64,000 nucleotides of DNA, taken from assembly GCA_051294905.1 (NCBI GenBank), contig CM119371.1:27714001-27778000 (forward strand), given 5' to 3'. The DNA comes from Botryllus schlosseri (Eukaryota). The translations under genes and the position numbers were made by a program. Under the pieces are notes generated by a model. That model had not been told where the DNA came from, searched no databases, and saw only the letters and a program-made list of their open reading frames with translations. Below, piece by piece: positions 1 through 14,707 of this stretch (positions are counted from its first letter, which is position 1; the number at the start of each line of letters is the position of its first letter).

Positions 1-141
1 GAGTGAAGGGGAGGGTTACCTGCGATTTTTATTTTGTTTTGTTCCCGATTACTTTGCCCGAATTAAGCGGTTGTCGGGCGTATCCGGTCTCCTAATTACG
101 TTGATTCAACTGTATTCGAAACCCTTTATCACTTTCTTCAG

Positions 142-467
142 ACTTATCACTCGTTACAAGTCTGGAATGAAAGTCACCGGGATGCGGCACACGAGGAAAA
201 GGCACCGCCCCCCGCCCTACAATATGACGGTAGTGAAGAATTCGGCATACAACCTCTTCACGCGAGAGTTTCTACAGTGGGCTTTACTAGACGGGCCTAT
301 AGGCCCTGCGCTCTTGGAGTGGTCGCAAGACACGTACAGTCCGGACGAACATTATTGGTTGATGCTCAACCGACACCCAGATGCACCAGGCGGGTCGCTT
401 CTGCCTAGCAGCGCGTTGGCTAGAACTGTGACGTGGTACAGTAAAAAGAAGACTGTGGAGTGTAATG
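142..467 (+). CDS. gcnt: Core-2/I-branching beta-1,6-GlcNAc transferase (GT14), penultimate coding exon; gene begins upstream of the window
   Basis: Translation contains RPPPYNMTVVKNSAYNLFTREF...LLEWSQDTYSPDEHYW, matching the GCNT motifs GSAY and W-x-x-DTYSPDE (catalytic Glu intact). Acceptor ctttcttcAG at 140-141; donor G|GTAAGT at 468 (phase 1). Confidence 0.9.
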
Positions 468-1293
468 GTAAGTGTTGTTGGACTGAGCACATTGATTCGA
501 ATGGTCGAATCTGAATCGCGTATTAAAGGGGCACTGCGCTCTAAAAATGATGTGGTCTAAATTTGAAGCGCAGATGAAAAGTAATTTGGCCGCCGCCATT
601 TTCTTCAAAAAGCTGCAATTAGATGAATTTTCCATGAGACCCGTTACGCTCCGGCTAGCGCACTTCTTAACCTGTAGCGAAATTTCTGGCGCGATATCTT
701 CACATTTGCACTTACTCAACGCGACCTCCAAATTGTAGCTTCATTCCTTCCTGTAGTACGTGGAAAACATATGATGTGTCGCTCACTTTGCTTCCACAAT
801 CCATATGATACAGCAGCACTGACTCTCAATGCAACTTGCAACATATGTATTTGTATATTCACCATACTAGTCTGGGCTCGGTTGTACGCTGCAGGTACTG
901 TGCTGTGTTATGCTGTAGTGTCTCATGATTTGACACTAGCCACGATTGAGCAATGAACATTCTCAGGGACACATTCAAATTAACTCTAAATATTAAAAAC
1001 AGCTACAGGGAATTTTCCGAATGAAGGAACTGCCACCGAATACGTTTCTGGCCAATGGATATTGAGGCGGAACTTTACCGTATGCGCTAAAAATGCTATC
1101 ATTTTACATCGATAATAATGAGACACAATCGGCACCACCTTCGTTATATCATTTTTGTGAATTGCGCATTAGTGAATATACAAATTATACGTTTATAACA
1201 AATTATACGTTTATATTAATACCATATTCGATCAGACGGCATTGGCACGAAAATTACTATATTATGAATGCAAGCCGTTCTATATCACTCGAG

Positions 1294-1519
1294 CGGAGTT
1301 GCAAAAAGTGGTCTGAACCGATAAGCAAACAGTGGACATAATGACTTGGAGTTGGACTTGAGACAAAACAGTATGACTCGGACTCGACCCTCTAGTCGCT
1401 GACTGGGACTCGGACTTGAGTCGGTGGTGAATTGAAAAGGACTGGACTGGACCCGAGTCAAAACTATCAAATTGAGATTGACTTGTGACTCGGAACTTTG
1501 CGACTTGGTTACAACTCTG
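1294..1519. mobile_element. Degenerate MITE remnant (GACTCG/GACTTG subterminal repeats)
   Basis: Right end GACTTGGTTACAACTCTG, partial left match CGGAGTTGCAA, internal gactcg/gacttg repeats. No matching TSD. Confidence 0.35.
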
Positions 1520-1739
1520 CTGTCCATACTACTGCAAGAGGAAGTAGCAAATTACAAGTCTGAAGAGTCAAGTAAACAGTCTCAAAAAATAGACTTTGTG
1601 GACCAAGTAAAGATATACGGTGCTACCTATACTTAAATAGCCACTCTGATTGTTTTGACCGTCTCTAGTCATATTTCGAACGCCGACATATGATGTAAGT
1701 CTTTTAAATATATGCTAACTACGGCGGGTTTTCGTTCAG

Positions 1740-1963
1740 GTTTTTGGAGGCACGGCATCTGTGTTTTCGGCGCCGAAGATATCCACAAGGTGTTGGCGGC
1801 GAGGAGGTTGTTCATCAACAAATTCGACATCACTCGCGACAGCACCGGCCCGGTCTGCATTCGAAGAGATTTGGATAGGAGAGCGTCTTCTGAAACCGTT
1901 GATAGGAATAGGTTAAAGGAAAGAATGGATAATTCGACGGTCTCAAACCGGGGCGTAGATTAG
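1740..1963 (+). CDS. gcnt: GT14/GCNT terminal coding exon
   Basis: Acceptor ttcgttcAG (1738-39) with branch-like GCTAAC at 1714. The phase-1 join gives CNG|FWRHGICVFGAEDIHKVLAARRLFINKFD, the GCNT C-terminal C-x-G...C-V-F-G...LF-x-NKFD signature. Stop TAG at 1961-63. Confidence 0.9.
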
Positions 1964-4686
1964 GAAGCATAGGATCTTACCGGTCAACTTCAACATTGAC
2001 TGTCCATTCAATCTGAAGGGCCGCGTCTTTGCGCAATCCCGGGCTTTCAAATGTATTATTGCTTCTTCAGTTCTATCTCTACTGAATGGTCACTGTGAAC
2101 GTGCTGTCGAAACATATCCAATACACCAAGGGCGCGTAATTCCCTCAGTAGGCTGGTCGGATATGCGAATATGAAGTACTTGGCGTGCAGGATTCCTGAA
2201 TCGTGACATTCCTCATGGATTTATCCACCTATACACGAAATCAATTGTATTTAATGTAAACTTTAAGTTTAAAACATAGAGGTCACAACAAAATATGCTG
2301 CATGGTCGCAACAGTACGAAAAGATATATCCATGGGTGTATCATAAACTTAGCACAATAATCCAGGGTTTCTAACTGTAAGGAACTAGTGCTACTGGAAG
2401 CACGGTAGGTCCATAAAGCTGAGTATTCAGACTTTACTTCCTATTCGTGGACTGAACAATCCAGATGATGATCCTGTCGCTAAAACGTAGGATTATTAAT
2501 TGCAATCTCTATATTCGGGAGTCAGCAAATTGTAGCCCTTACCTGTGTTTGGCACGGTGGCACTTAAGTATTTTCCTCGTGTCACCGACATGATTCTGCC
2601 TCTACTCTGTCGAATTACTGAATGTTGAAAACTGAAACCGCACATCCATTGATTGTGTGAATGAATATGCCAATAGGGTATAGATGTGTATGAATAACTC
2701 ACAACAACTTTGATATTTCCCCAAACCTACAAAAAGTTGGAGAGAACTGCCTGGTATTCGTCCACATTCACTAATCACTATACAACTATATACTTACCTA
2801 TCACCAATTACATTTTGAAAATAAGCTTTTTGATCTCAACTATCTTGAATATTGAGTACCATTCCCCAAACAACAAAAATACGCATAATTTAAACAAATG
2901 GACACTTCGGGGTCGGTCATTACCACGCCACGACGCACCAAGACACTTAAAGATATACACCATGTAACATGTGACTTTGAGAAGTGTGCCAGAAGGATCA
3001 GCAGCGAGAAGACCTGGGCCGAAAAGGACTGTCCTTGTGCAGACCGAAAACTTCGATATGTTTAATGGTCCGTATGCGCCTAAACGGCTGGAGCCGAATG
3101 TTCCTGTCCTGGCGATCTGAGCACCACAAGACAAATGCCATCCCGCAGGAAGATTATTTGCCAGTAAAGAAATACCAATGTGAAATCGTGTTATCGTGTA
3201 CGTCTTTTCGTTTAGTACGTTTGGACGATTTCAAATTTATTGATATAACAGGAGCTCACGAAATAGCACCATGTAACGAAGTCATTATACCAACGGGTAC
3301 GCCCGAAGATGTTAATTAATATTTAGGGGTCCTACGTACTTATCCAATACACGTCATTCAGCTGTACCGGTAAATCTGATTACACGAGCTGAAAGAGGAT
3401 AAAAATTGCTAGCAAGATATCTACAATGCCCGATCATATTGACCGATTCAATCCTGTATTACATAAATGTTTCGCACTTCGCGCGTTTAGTTGACACAGG
3501 CTCATTAACCAAACGGACACCCAATTTATATGTTAAGTTGTGGCAAAAAGCGTATAGCCTGAGGGAGGCCTATGGGGGGCCCAAGACCAACGTTTTGTTG
3601 GGGGGGGGCGACGAAATGCTGTTGCGATATTGCGTACGCTCATATGTCCACGGACCCGTTCACCCACTTATTTTCCAAGTACCTGTATAGTGTCATTAAT
3701 CATTTTGCATCAAGTCATGAAATCAATCTTGCAATTTATTTGGATATTTCCACCACTTACTCAAGTGGTGATGTTTTACGACAACTTGCACTTTTATAAT
3801 TGATCCGTTTTCAGGCAAAACTATTCGTATTCGCATCTTTTGACAAATTTTACAGTGTCCAGGAAAGCGCCTCGGGAATTTACTCTTTATTTCTAGGGAT
3901 TTAAAATTGCAGGCAACCCGATGTCCAAAAACCAATGAAGTGGTATCTCGCTTACCATTTCTGTACACCCTAAGTGCAATTTTGATATGACGTTACTTTT
4001 AAATGTGTCGCTTTATCAATCTACGTTACAATTGCATTCCTCGACTACTCTCGATAACGTGCATTATTTTTGATAATGTTCAAATTTGAAGCGTCGGTGA
4101 TGTGTTTAACAATGCTGACATCTGTTCCCATCATCTACTTATCAACGAGGACTGCACATCGTCCGATGGAAATACGGAAACAATATGAGGGAGTAGCATC
4201 CGGACTATCAGGCAGAATGACCTAGATGAGAAATGGAGTTGCTTTCCGAGAGATTTTGGGCATGCTAGGTGCATGTGCGTGTGCGTGCATCGTAAACCTA
4301 ACGAAATTGCAGTTACGAAGTGATGCCGAGGGTTACGTCTGCACAGTGCACACATCTGCCGTCACTTTCAAAATCTGCTACTTCTACCAACGGACATATC
4401 TTTATATTGCGCCAGCATCTTTATCAGCGCTATTCGCTGCTATACTGGTGACTCTCACTGGAGTGAAGATTGAAGATATTCACAACTATAAAAAAAAATG
4501 GTGAATGAGAGAGACCGTAGTCACCAGCCAGCGGCCAGTCATTTTATTGAGGATTTGCCACTGGTAGCGGTAAAGGGCCTTTTTAGTGAAGACCTCCGTT
4601 AGTTATAGGTTTTCTGAACAGTAAAAAGGACGGAAATCACCTCGTCTCATGGCCAAAATATATTGAAAGTAAAAGTCAAGCCAACG

Positions 4687-5398
4687 CAGGGTCGCCAACT
4701 CAATTCAGGTCGCGGGTCACTTTTCAAATTTCGTAGATGATGTGGGCCGCATGATATCAAGATAGATTTTTAAAAAACACAGTGCTCTCTAATATGAGCG
4801 ACTGGCGTATTTACCACAAGAAACAATACAAAAATAACAGGATCTTCACTTTCATTCTATTTTGAAGTATGAGATGCGCACGATACCTGAACACTTCATA
4901 GCCACTAAAGAATCGATGTTAGTGCAGCCTATACTCGCTGCAAAGTTATCTCCTATCTGATACCGAATACTGTGCAGGGTGCATGCATATTTTCTGTACC
5001 TCCATCGTTGCCAACTGTTTGTTGTGTATTTTGATTGGATGAAATAAAAATACTCTCTCAATCTCTCTCGTAAAGCCTGAAATTGTGGTGAAGCCCCAGG
5101 TCGTTTTCTAAGCGTCTCGGTCTTGTCAGTGTCTGTGTCACTGCACATCAAAGCAATATATGCCCATTCACATCAATTAATTCTTCCTCCGTGGAATGCT
5201 ATTCCCAACGCCGATGCCGTATCAGATAATTAGGAATAGGGATGTTGGGCACACGAGAATAGCTTATTTGGAACAAGAAAAAACAATATTTTCAAACTTA
5301 AATCAATTTCAGAATTTTAAAACGATTCGAGCTTGATACGTAAATCGGGTCGTGGGCCGCAAAATAAGAACTCGCTGGCCGCGTGTTGTTTACCCCTG
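4687..5398. mobile_element. Degenerate hAT-type MITE (CAGGG...CCCCTG family)
   Basis: Left CAGGGTCGCCAAC, right GTTTACCCCTG, subterminal GGGCCGC/GGCCGCG motifs shared with 19725-20607. Flanks only 5/8 alike (agccaacg / agctaccc). Confidence 0.5.
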
Positions 5399-5503
5399 AG
5401 CTACCCCTGGTAAGCATTCTGTAAAATCACGCGAAATGATGTCGTTGATTTGCTTTTTTCGGTGCTCTAAATTGAGAACATTATAGCCTATGTCATGAAT
5501 AGG

Positions 5504-6819
5504 CAGAGGTGGTCAAAGTAGTCAAGAAAGCTACTCAAGTAGAAGTAGAAGTAGCGAAGAAAAAATCTACTCAAGTACGAGTAGAAAAACTTCTTCCATA
5601 AGTAACCTAAAACTACTCGAAGTAGAAGTAGAATTTACTGACTTTAAAAGTACTCAAGTAAGTAAGTAGTTGTGAAAACGATCCTAATTCGTTCACATGG
5701 TTTGTAAAAAGGTGCAAATTGAGCTATGCGAAAGGTGACGAGCTTGTGTCCTATTGATACATACCAGCAGGTATCCAATTTTCTATAGCATAAGCATTCG
5801 TTCACAACATAGGATGAAAATGATAGTATTATTATGGAAATGCGATACTTATCCTCTGTTTTCTAGAACAGCACGTTTTAGAAAATATCATGGTATGGCG
5901 ACATCCCCCATATTATAAGGTCCGTAGTTTAGTCGAAGAGCAATGCGGAGAAGTTGTATAGGATACGGTGTAAGCACTTTGCGCAATTAGTAAACGTTAA
6001 TAAAAATATGGGGGACCGTAAAAATGCCATATTGTGTAGCTTTATTTCCGGAAGTTTAAGGCATCACTACACTTACTTTTATACTTCAACATGTATTTTA
6101 TCCAGACAAAAGAACTGATATTAATTATAACTCAAAGTATATGATACTGGGAATTGAAAATAAAACATAAATACTACTTCTAACAGCAGAACATGTATTT
6201 CATGCCTTCAGTCCAGAAAATTTCAAAGGCGGTATGCTAAAACAGCACCAAAACTAACAAAAAAGTCAGATTCCACTTTTCTAGGATAGGACGTGCCATG
6301 GACAATGGACATGCTAGATTACGATATGACAAGTAAATGATAGATTGCCAAACAGATGAGCCATATATACTGTGATGAATTATTTCATATGGGCGAAGGG
6401 CGAAAATGTGGTGTGAACGTAGTGATATCTAGTTCTAGATATCCCTGTGTGAACGGAATCACGCCAACCCGCTACCTGAATTATATCCATCGATACTTTC
6501 GTAAAATCATACTGGTAACTATGTATCTACTGCGCGCGAAGCGCGACAAAAATTCTAAACTTAACTCAACTTTTATGAAAATTAAATGTTGATGCGACGT
6601 GAAAACAGCCCCGAAATTCCTCAGGCAATCTTCCTGATTGGAAGATTGAGCTACTTCTACTTGACAAACTGAAAATAGCGAAAAGTAAGTAAATAGATCA
6701 CAAAATATCACGAAGTAGAAGAAACGGAAATCAGATCTACTTGAGTAAGTACCAGAAGTAGAGGAAAACTACTTGAGTACTTCGAAAAAGTAGAAGTACT
6801 TCGTTACTGACCACCTCTG
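5504..6819. mobile_element. Non-autonomous hAT element, 1316 bp
   Basis: Perfect 12-bp TIR CAGAGGTGGTCA / TGACCACCTCTG; perfect 8-bp TSD TGAATAGG (5496-5503, 6820-6827); subterminal AGTAGA/CTACTCAAGT repeat arrays at both ends; no transposase ORF. Confidence 0.92.
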
Positions 6820-7283
6820 TGAATAGGCTACATATACTAATGGATTATTCATTTATGGCGTTCCGCGACATGTATATTTCGCGAGAAATGTACGATTTAT
6901 CTTCCCAAAAAATGGTGTACGTCTTCAGAACCCAAATAATCTCGGGCAGATAGCATTTGAAATTGACCATTCTCAAGTCTATAACCACAGTGTTGGACGC
7001 ACTGTACACGGTGCATCAATTCATCGTTTAGCATTCAGCATTTACAAGCAGTAGGTGTAAATAATCCAAGTACCCACATAAAATGAGGACGTCAGAACTG
7101 TGTTAGGTGGGTTACGTTTACGTGTAATAATTTATTTCGAATCAAATAAAAGATGTCTTCGCCAAATACACAACATATTGGTAGGAAACTATGGGTGAAC
7201 TTATAAGTCCGTAGATACAACTTAAGATATGTTTTGCGTAGCGACTACTTCGCTGCATTGCCATAGTATTGTATCCTGATTAA

Positions 7284-7790
7284 TAGGGCTGGGCACAATG
7301 ATTCGAGTACTCGAATCTAAGTCGAGTATTCATTTCAATAATTCGAGTCGAGTAGTAAAAGACGATTTTTTCGAGTACTGCAGTTATACGCTCCTCGCCA
7401 TTGATAGTTATTTTATTAACGAATATTATAGTTTTGATACTAATTTCCACTGGGGAAATCTTGAAGTCTTGATTGGCCGTGTCGCAGCATACGAGACATA
7501 GTACAAAACTTCGAACGTTGCTGGAAATAACTTATTTCCAAAGTTATGATCATTTCACAACTTTGTCAAGAAGTCCAATGAAATAGGCATGGTTGAATAA
7601 TACCAAAGTATCTTTAATGTGACGGAAAGCAGGCATTATATTCTTTGTAGTCGCATAAAAGGTACATCTTTGAACTTTCGCATCGTATATTCGGTTGTGA
7701 CGTCATAGTAAGTGATACTCGAGTACTAGACTCGACTCGAAGCGTAATACGTGATTCAGAATCGAATCCCTAAGGTTTTGTTTAGCCCTA
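7284..7790 (+). mobile_element. hAT MITE family A (TAGGGCTG TIR), copy 1, 507 bp
   Basis: TAGGGCTGGGC...TTAGCCCTA; TSD ctgattaa/ctaattag (6/8); body homologous to the reverse complement of 12353-12852 and 37742-38237; CGAGTA/GATTCG subterminal repeats. Confidence 0.85.
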
Positions 7791-10700
7791 CTAATTAGGC
7801 ACTAATTGATTAACTGAAACTGTGCGTTTGGATCCATACCCGATCACTTTCGATCTCTCAATCCGAAACAGGTTTTCATCATTCCAAATGTGTCAGCAAG
7901 CCAGCATAATTACGAAAATGAAGGTGCTTTTAAAAGTTTCCAACCATTCATATAATTTGACTTGTCATACGTTTCTTTCAATAAGGGATTACAATTACAC
8001 TATGCTCATTGCTCAAACCTTCAAGGTAATGTTCTAACCAACATATTGTTCCAGGCATATGAATTAGCCTCATGTCGTTGGTGATACATTAGCAAAGATG
8101 GCATAACCATTCATTGGACGCGTTGCAACCACGACGCAAGTAAGGCTTAGAAGAAAGGGACCAACTTCATAAAGATGTCACATCTGAAAGACATATATAT
8201 TAGAAATTGCGATTACTCAAGTAAATTCTTGTGTTTACGTTTCGCCGACTATACCACGCGAAGAACACTTTACACAACACCACCGGGTAAATAAACACTC
8301 AATTTCCTCGCTATCAAACGCACACAACATTTTTTTATGTCGAAGACAAGAATGTGTATCGCAATAGTTTCATATCACGATAAAGTATTTACAAGTAGCG
8401 CATTCAAAGAGCAGGGAAAGTGCTGGATGCGATGTAAACAGCCGTCGATGGCACTCCAAAACACACTTCTATCCAAGTCAAGACGCTTCAAATATGGCGG
8501 CAATTCGTAAAGAAGAATTGGACATAAGCGATGGGTTATGATTACCTTCCAATAGTTGTCATTTCAAGAGTCCATCGTTTACACAATACATGGGAATAAT
8601 TAACCCCTTGCGCAGTCGGAATAGCATAGAAGTCTTAAAAGGGATATCCAGGGAAGAAAATCAAGCGTTGCATTTTTAAGACGTTTACTAGACGGAGGCA
8701 TTCAATTTCCAAAAACACTAACCCATTATTTCTTAAATTGAAACCACACAGAACTAGTCCATAGCATGCCATTATTTACATATATTCTTACATATTTCGT
8801 CCAGATCACATAGTATGGTTATATACTTATCTCAAACAACTAACTGCTGAGTCCATTGCGAGAAACCTTGTGTTGCTTATCTTGTACTTTGATATAGAGA
8901 TGGGGTGGTTACTGCAATAAGCCATTTAATAGGAAATCAGTACATGTTTCACTAGTCTCTCATTCCAGTCCGATATACAGTTTATATACGTGACTAGTGT
9001 ATTTTACGTGTATGAGTCGATTTTACCCATTATAATAGATATCCGGGAGCCTAAAATACTGTGAAGGTTTTCACATTTATAACACTAAAATTTGGCATCT
9101 TGTTTCGTTACACGTTATGATTATTCACAATGTCGCTATATAGTCGTTTTTGACATCTCCATGATATGATGATATGATATATAACCCATCATACCCATAC
9201 CAACTCCAGAAGTGTTGGAGGTTTATCTCGGCTCCTCCTCACCATCTCATCCGTGTAAGCGGTATCTTATAAAAGCCTAGAAGCGGGCCGTGCTATACAA
9301 GTCGGCAGCTACGAAATAAAAATGAAGAAAATTGGCTAGGTGTAAATGACCATAGCAGTCGACAGACACCATGAATGCCACAAACAACGACGACATACCC
9401 AGCAATTGCAGCCCTGCAATGTTGCTGATCTCAATCAGTCAAACAAGCAGTCTTATGTTGGCTAGTATAGCGTAGTTCTCTAGCAGCAAATCATATTCAC
9501 TTTCGTAATCTATATTACTGGTATTTATCATCGCATAAATGGATGACCACACAATAGACATTGATACCAGTTGAAATGAAGTTCAAATACGGGGTACATA
9601 TATTAGACTCGGGGCGACAATTATTGTTTGCGTAATTGGCCGAATTAGCCAGAGTGTGGATGACATTAAGCTTTTGTTTACGTTGTTGTTTGTCTACAAA
9701 AACATAACAAGGAGCGACACACTTTGTTCTCGCGGCGGAACGCGATATTCGATCACGTCACTTGGTCAAAATCTTGTCTCAGGCAGACGCACTTACTATG
9801 AAAAAAGTAAATTTTCCAGGTTTTTTCATCGCTTTACCCCGGCTGGTATAGGTGCGAAATCCGCATTGCGTGTTATAAATTTCCGTTGACATGATTTGCA
9901 CCATACTTCGTATGGTATAAAGCTGTAAAATCTACCAGTAATCTATCTATTTCCATGGAGGTGTGAGGCTTTTAGACAATATTCTGTTTAAATAGGCAAC
10001 ACATCGATCCCATATTGATATGAGTCCTCATTCTATTGGCAAATTAATCACCGCCAAATCTACTGTGAACAAATTTCGTGGCTCTACGCAAACGGGTCGG
10101 CCCGTAATCTGAGGGTCAATAAGCGCATCGCGTAATCTCTTGAAACTGTCGAACGGCGGAACGTGTCCAGTTGCGTCTCGGCACACGCTGGAGATTTGCG
10201 CTACAGCGGACTTGTTTATTCGTACGAGAGCGGGGCTTTGATCCCTAATCACCGGGATTAAAAAAGTGAGAGTTGTTGTCGTAAAGTTACAAGCTCCTAA
10301 AATCCGGGTTCCGCGAGGAAATTCTAGGAACCGCGATTTTGCCGGATTTAGTTGCGATGCAACAGAAGAGACAGGAAGTTTTCCGTGACCAGTTGCAACA
10401 AAGGATTTGCGAATGTGACGGCAGTTCACGCAATAATATTGCGCGAGTATTGTAAATTTATATCAACGATAGAACGAAGGTATAGTGGTGTGATAAGCAA
10501 GTTCTGGTACCGTTATTTGCGTTAACATGAACCCGTCAATTTCGTTCCGTGAAGATTTGTATCAAGGTAGGGTTGTACATTGAATGCGTGCCGAAGAAAT
10601 TATTTGCGGAATCGGAGGGATATTGAAGACATATTATTGAGAAGGTTTTGGGCCATATTGGTGAAATAGGACATCGTATACACATCACTATTATCGCCGT

Positions 10701-12352
10701 GTAGCAATCTGCGCTTTGCTCGTCTCTCGCCATTCAGAACTATAAGTATTTGCCGCTAGCCAGATTGAAACTTGGGTAGGGTAAAATTTGATAATTCAAT
10801 CGAGTCTTTATAAAAGCGGTACAGCTATGCAAAAATATTTTTGCATGATGTACAAAAATTCAGTCCGCACTTCATTTGGCATTTTCAGAATATTTGGTAT
10901 CACATCCCTCCTATACACGCTCAGACATTATTTTCCTCCATCACACAAATATTATGCCAGAACTGCCTTCATACTCTTCATGCAGTGTTTCACGCACTAA
11001 ACGTCGAATACGTTGAAGCCCCATACTATGTTGAATGGTGCGTGTCCTGTTAGTTGCATTCTAACAATTTACGAAAGTATCTGCGATGGCGTATACCGTA
11101 GCAGTGGTTCTCAAACGGAGGCGCGAAAGCATCGGAAGGGGCGCGAAGCCGTCTGAGAAAAATGAAGTCTCGAACAACTCGGAATGAGTTAAATATGTGC
11201 TGAAACGTCCAAGCTTAAACAACGGCAATAATCCGAATTAAACTGCGATTTTAAATATCATAGTTGCGTCGTACCATCCATACACCGTCGTTATATAGTG
11301 ACTGACACCGGATCTTTCACCGATCAGAATATGACTCTGAATTAGGAGTAGCCGGTGAATCCATGTTGAGGTATTAGTTGTTGATTTGTTGGACTTTCAG
11401 TCAAGCATCTGTGAAGAGCGCGTAAAAGACAGAACGTTTTGGCGAAATAGAATATTTCCTTACAATGTCATGCCATGTGCCATGTGCAACATGCCTTTTG
11501 CATCTTAGAATGAGAATAGAAAATAACTCGATGTGGCTTAAAATGGGGACGCGCAATTGGTTTTTGATTTAGCTCACGGTCAGGTAGGCCTAGAGCTGAG
11601 CTTTTAGAGCACACTAAAATCGCAAATATATGTATATGCTACGTGCTGGCATTGCAGATGTCAAATTATTTAACTGAAAATTTATTCGCGCTCCGCGCTA
11701 TTTACCTTCAGCCGATAAATGTCGGTCTGTGTATCGTCCGAATTTCATATTTGAGATCTATCTCAACAGTCATGCGTTGGTATTTCGACCATTCTTGTTG
11801 ATCCTTTAATAGTTTTTTGATATGGCTATAAAGGGGGCGTGTCTAAAAAAATTTGATAACCACTATTCTAACGAGTTTGATTGGCCTACCGTGGTCTATC
11901 TTATACATGCAATGCAGCATGTACATCTGCACATTAAAATCGAACAACACAAATATCCCGTGTATTTATATGTCATTAGTGGTGCGAATAAGGCTGAGCA
12001 CAATGATTCGAGTAGGTCAGTAGGAGTTATTTTATCAACGACACAATAGAATGTCGATGGTCTCTTATTACAGTTTGAAAGATTCCAACATCGATTTGGA
12101 TGGTGTCACAGTGCCCAAAACATACAGCATTTTGCAGCTCAGGGCTGCGTGCAAGTGAGTGTTCATGTTCATGCAAACAACATTTTTTTCGAGTAGTGAT
12201 CGAAGCATGGTAAAAAAGCTCTATGACATGGCCATGGTCAAAAAATATCGAATCATGTTTTCTCTGATGTAACTGGTATTGTTTTCTTTGTGGTCGCAAA
12301 CAAGGTACACATTCATAATAAAATGCCATTCATTCTGCTATTGTATATTAAT

Positions 12353-12852
12353 TAGGGCTGACCAAAATCGAGTACCTGAGTGATTCGATTCTGAATCACG
12401 TATCACGCTGCGAGTCGAGTCGAGTATTCGAGTATTACTAAGTATGACGTCATAACATAATACAATATGTCAAAGTTCAAATATGTACCTTTCATGCCAC
12501 CACAAGCATATAATGTCTGTTATCCATCACATTAAAGATACTTTGGTAATTTTGCGACCTTACCGATTTCATTGAACTTAGGGACAATGTTGTATAGGAT
12601 GATCATGACTTCGAAATGTGTAATTTCCATCAACATTCCCACTACTATATATGTTTCGCATGCTGCGACACGATTAATCAAGGTGCCAAGGCTTGTACAG
12701 TGGAAATTAGTATCGAAACTATAATCCTCGACGATAAATTAACGTTCAGTGACGAGGGGCGTATAATTTAAGTAGCCTGCTTCAAAAAATCGAATCAATA
12801 AAATAAATACTCGATTAAGATTCGACTAATCGAATCGTTCTGCCCAGCCCTA
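12353..12852 (-). mobile_element. hAT MITE family A, copy 2, 500 bp
   Basis: TAGGGCTGACC...GCCCAGCCCTA; TSD atattaat/gtattaat (7/8); collinear with 37742-38237. Confidence 0.88.
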
Positions 12853-13310
12853 GTATTAATACAGGTGATACTCGTATGTAGACTCGATTCGGAGCTTTGA
12901 TCGAATCACTCACAAGTATTCGATTTTGTACGGCCTTATTTGCAGGGTAAAATCAATATATTGTCATAACGGTCCAGGGTCCAATGTTTAGAACTGGATA
13001 TACAATATAAACAATGACAAGTCCCACATTTACTTCTCTTGATTCCACGCCACAAACTCAGCGTATAGTTTGTTTGTTTTATTAACACATCATTGGCGCT
13101 TATCGCCTATACGGTCATTTGCGCCCAGTACATGAATTTCATTAATGTCAGAAGTCTTTTGCTTTTGCTCCGTTAACGTGATCGTTAGTTGCAATCTTTC
13201 TGGTGTTCGGCTGTCTCTTCCTCTGGGCTTTTCAGGGCGCTGTATTTACAGCGGGATCGCCGATGAGGAGCCCAGATAAACCTCAGCGTATAGTCTTTCA
13301 AGGTTAAATG

Positions 13311-13745
13311 ATGTGCTTCCCAACCAGAGGCTCGCGAAGCTATTTTAGGTGAGCCGAGAAGCATTTATAAATGACACAGTCATATGGAGGGCTGCTGTTA
13401 GTTCTATGGAATGCCAGCAATCTTGGTATTTATATGATAGCAGTTTTATAATTTTAAATATAAAATATCTGGCATGCTAACGATCTTATGTGGTCGAACA
13501 AGGTGAACCTCTATTTTCGGTATTTTGGGATATTTTCCAAGCAGAAAAATCAAACCAATCAAGCCCAGGCCTAATTTAATAAGTATGCAAACTATACTTT
13601 CGAGTTAATATTAAATTGAATGAGCATACATTGTTTCCTTTTTAATTAATTTGTTTTCATCGGTTTGGTCGCATCTCGTTGTGGGTCGGACAATAAAACT
13701 TTCAATAATGAAGGGTCGCGAACGGAAAAGGGTTGGGATGCACTG
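13311..13745. mobile_element. Degenerate hAT MITE (CAGTGCTTCCCAACC-type TIR)
   Basis: Left (A)TGTGCTTCCCAACC, right GGTTGGGATGCACTG; no recognisable TSD. Confidence 0.5.
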
Positions 13746-14257
13746 ATATAAGGGGATGTCTAAAATTGCCACACTATAATATATCGGTGTGAAAACACCT
13801 GATCATAATTCGAGATTATTATGACGTAAATACGAGAGTGTGAACAGCCCACGTGCAGTCTGCCGCGTCGTAACGTTGAGGCGTGAGAAAGATAATTACT
13901 CGACTCGCGTTCTAAAGCAGTCGTTGTCGCACATTTTCATAGGTTCCCTTTTGAGTTGAAGACGGGGGCAATTACGAAGAAAGGCGAGCGCCATTTATGA
14001 CGAAATTTTGACGGAAAAGTCGCAGCACTCTCGACACGATATTCGCACCTCTGCGGAGGTTAAGAGGGCCGCCTTTTCCGGATTTGATGAGCTGCGGTTT
14101 TACGACGATCCCGGGCGTAGGTGGCAAAACGATGGGCAATTAACTTCAAGAGAAGACCTAAATTGGGACTTATCTCGGACCTGTTACATAATTGCAATAA
14201 ATACAATGGTATATAGGTGTTCGAGTCCCTCTGCGAAATACATGATAATTGATTAAA

Positions 14258-14707
14258 ATATTCATATTGAAATAACCCAAGTATTGTCGGCTGACACTCT
14301 TCAAGGGTAATCGTCAGCGACTAGTAGAGAATTGGAACTACCTTAGATTCCCGCTGACGACCGTCATCCGAAGATATTGGGGTTTATTTCTATATGAATA
14401 TTTTAGTTAATTGTACACTGAAGTTATGCATCTTCGATAGTCACTTCAAATTGAGAATAGCTAGTATCTTCCTCGTTTAGTTCGTATAATTTTTGTCGAT
14501 AACCAACCCCTATTTCTAACGGTTAGGATATTCAATTAAATAGTATATTCATATTGAAATGAACCCGAATATTTTCGGCTGACACTCGTCAGGGGTAATC
14601 GTCAGCAACTAGTAGAGAATTGGAAAGAACGTTGTATATCAACAATCGTATATGAATATACTATGAATGAATATACTATTTAATTGTATATTGAAGTTCT
14701 GTACCTC
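14258..14707. repeat. Locally duplicated ~80-bp unit (14258-14337, 14545-14625) with an inverted partial copy at ~14345-14402; related copy at 19501-19597
   Basis: Unit ATATTCATATTGAAAT.AACCC.A.TATT.TCGGCTGACACTC.TCA.GGGTAATCGTCAGC.ACTAGTAGAGAATTGGAA appears twice. 19501-19562 is its reverse complement. AATTGTATATTGAAGTTCTGTACCTCC is shared by 14681-14707 and 19571-19597. Confidence 0.75.

Noticed and set aside
2808-3319. Overlapping 108- and 111-aa ORFs downstream of GCNT
   Set aside because: No motif recognised in any frame; cannot be tied to a gene.
4852-5151. Possible hAT transposase C-terminal remnant inside the 4687-5398 element
   Set aside because: Could not recover the hAT dimerisation motif in any frame by eye; a tBLASTn/HMM search would decide.
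10028-10429. 133-aa minus-strand ORF
   Set aside because: No recognisable domain, non-ATG start, no convincing splice partners.
11102-11160. CAGTGGTTCTCAAAC hAT-type left TIR
   Set aside because: No matching right TIR or TSD located, so no element boundaries can be given.
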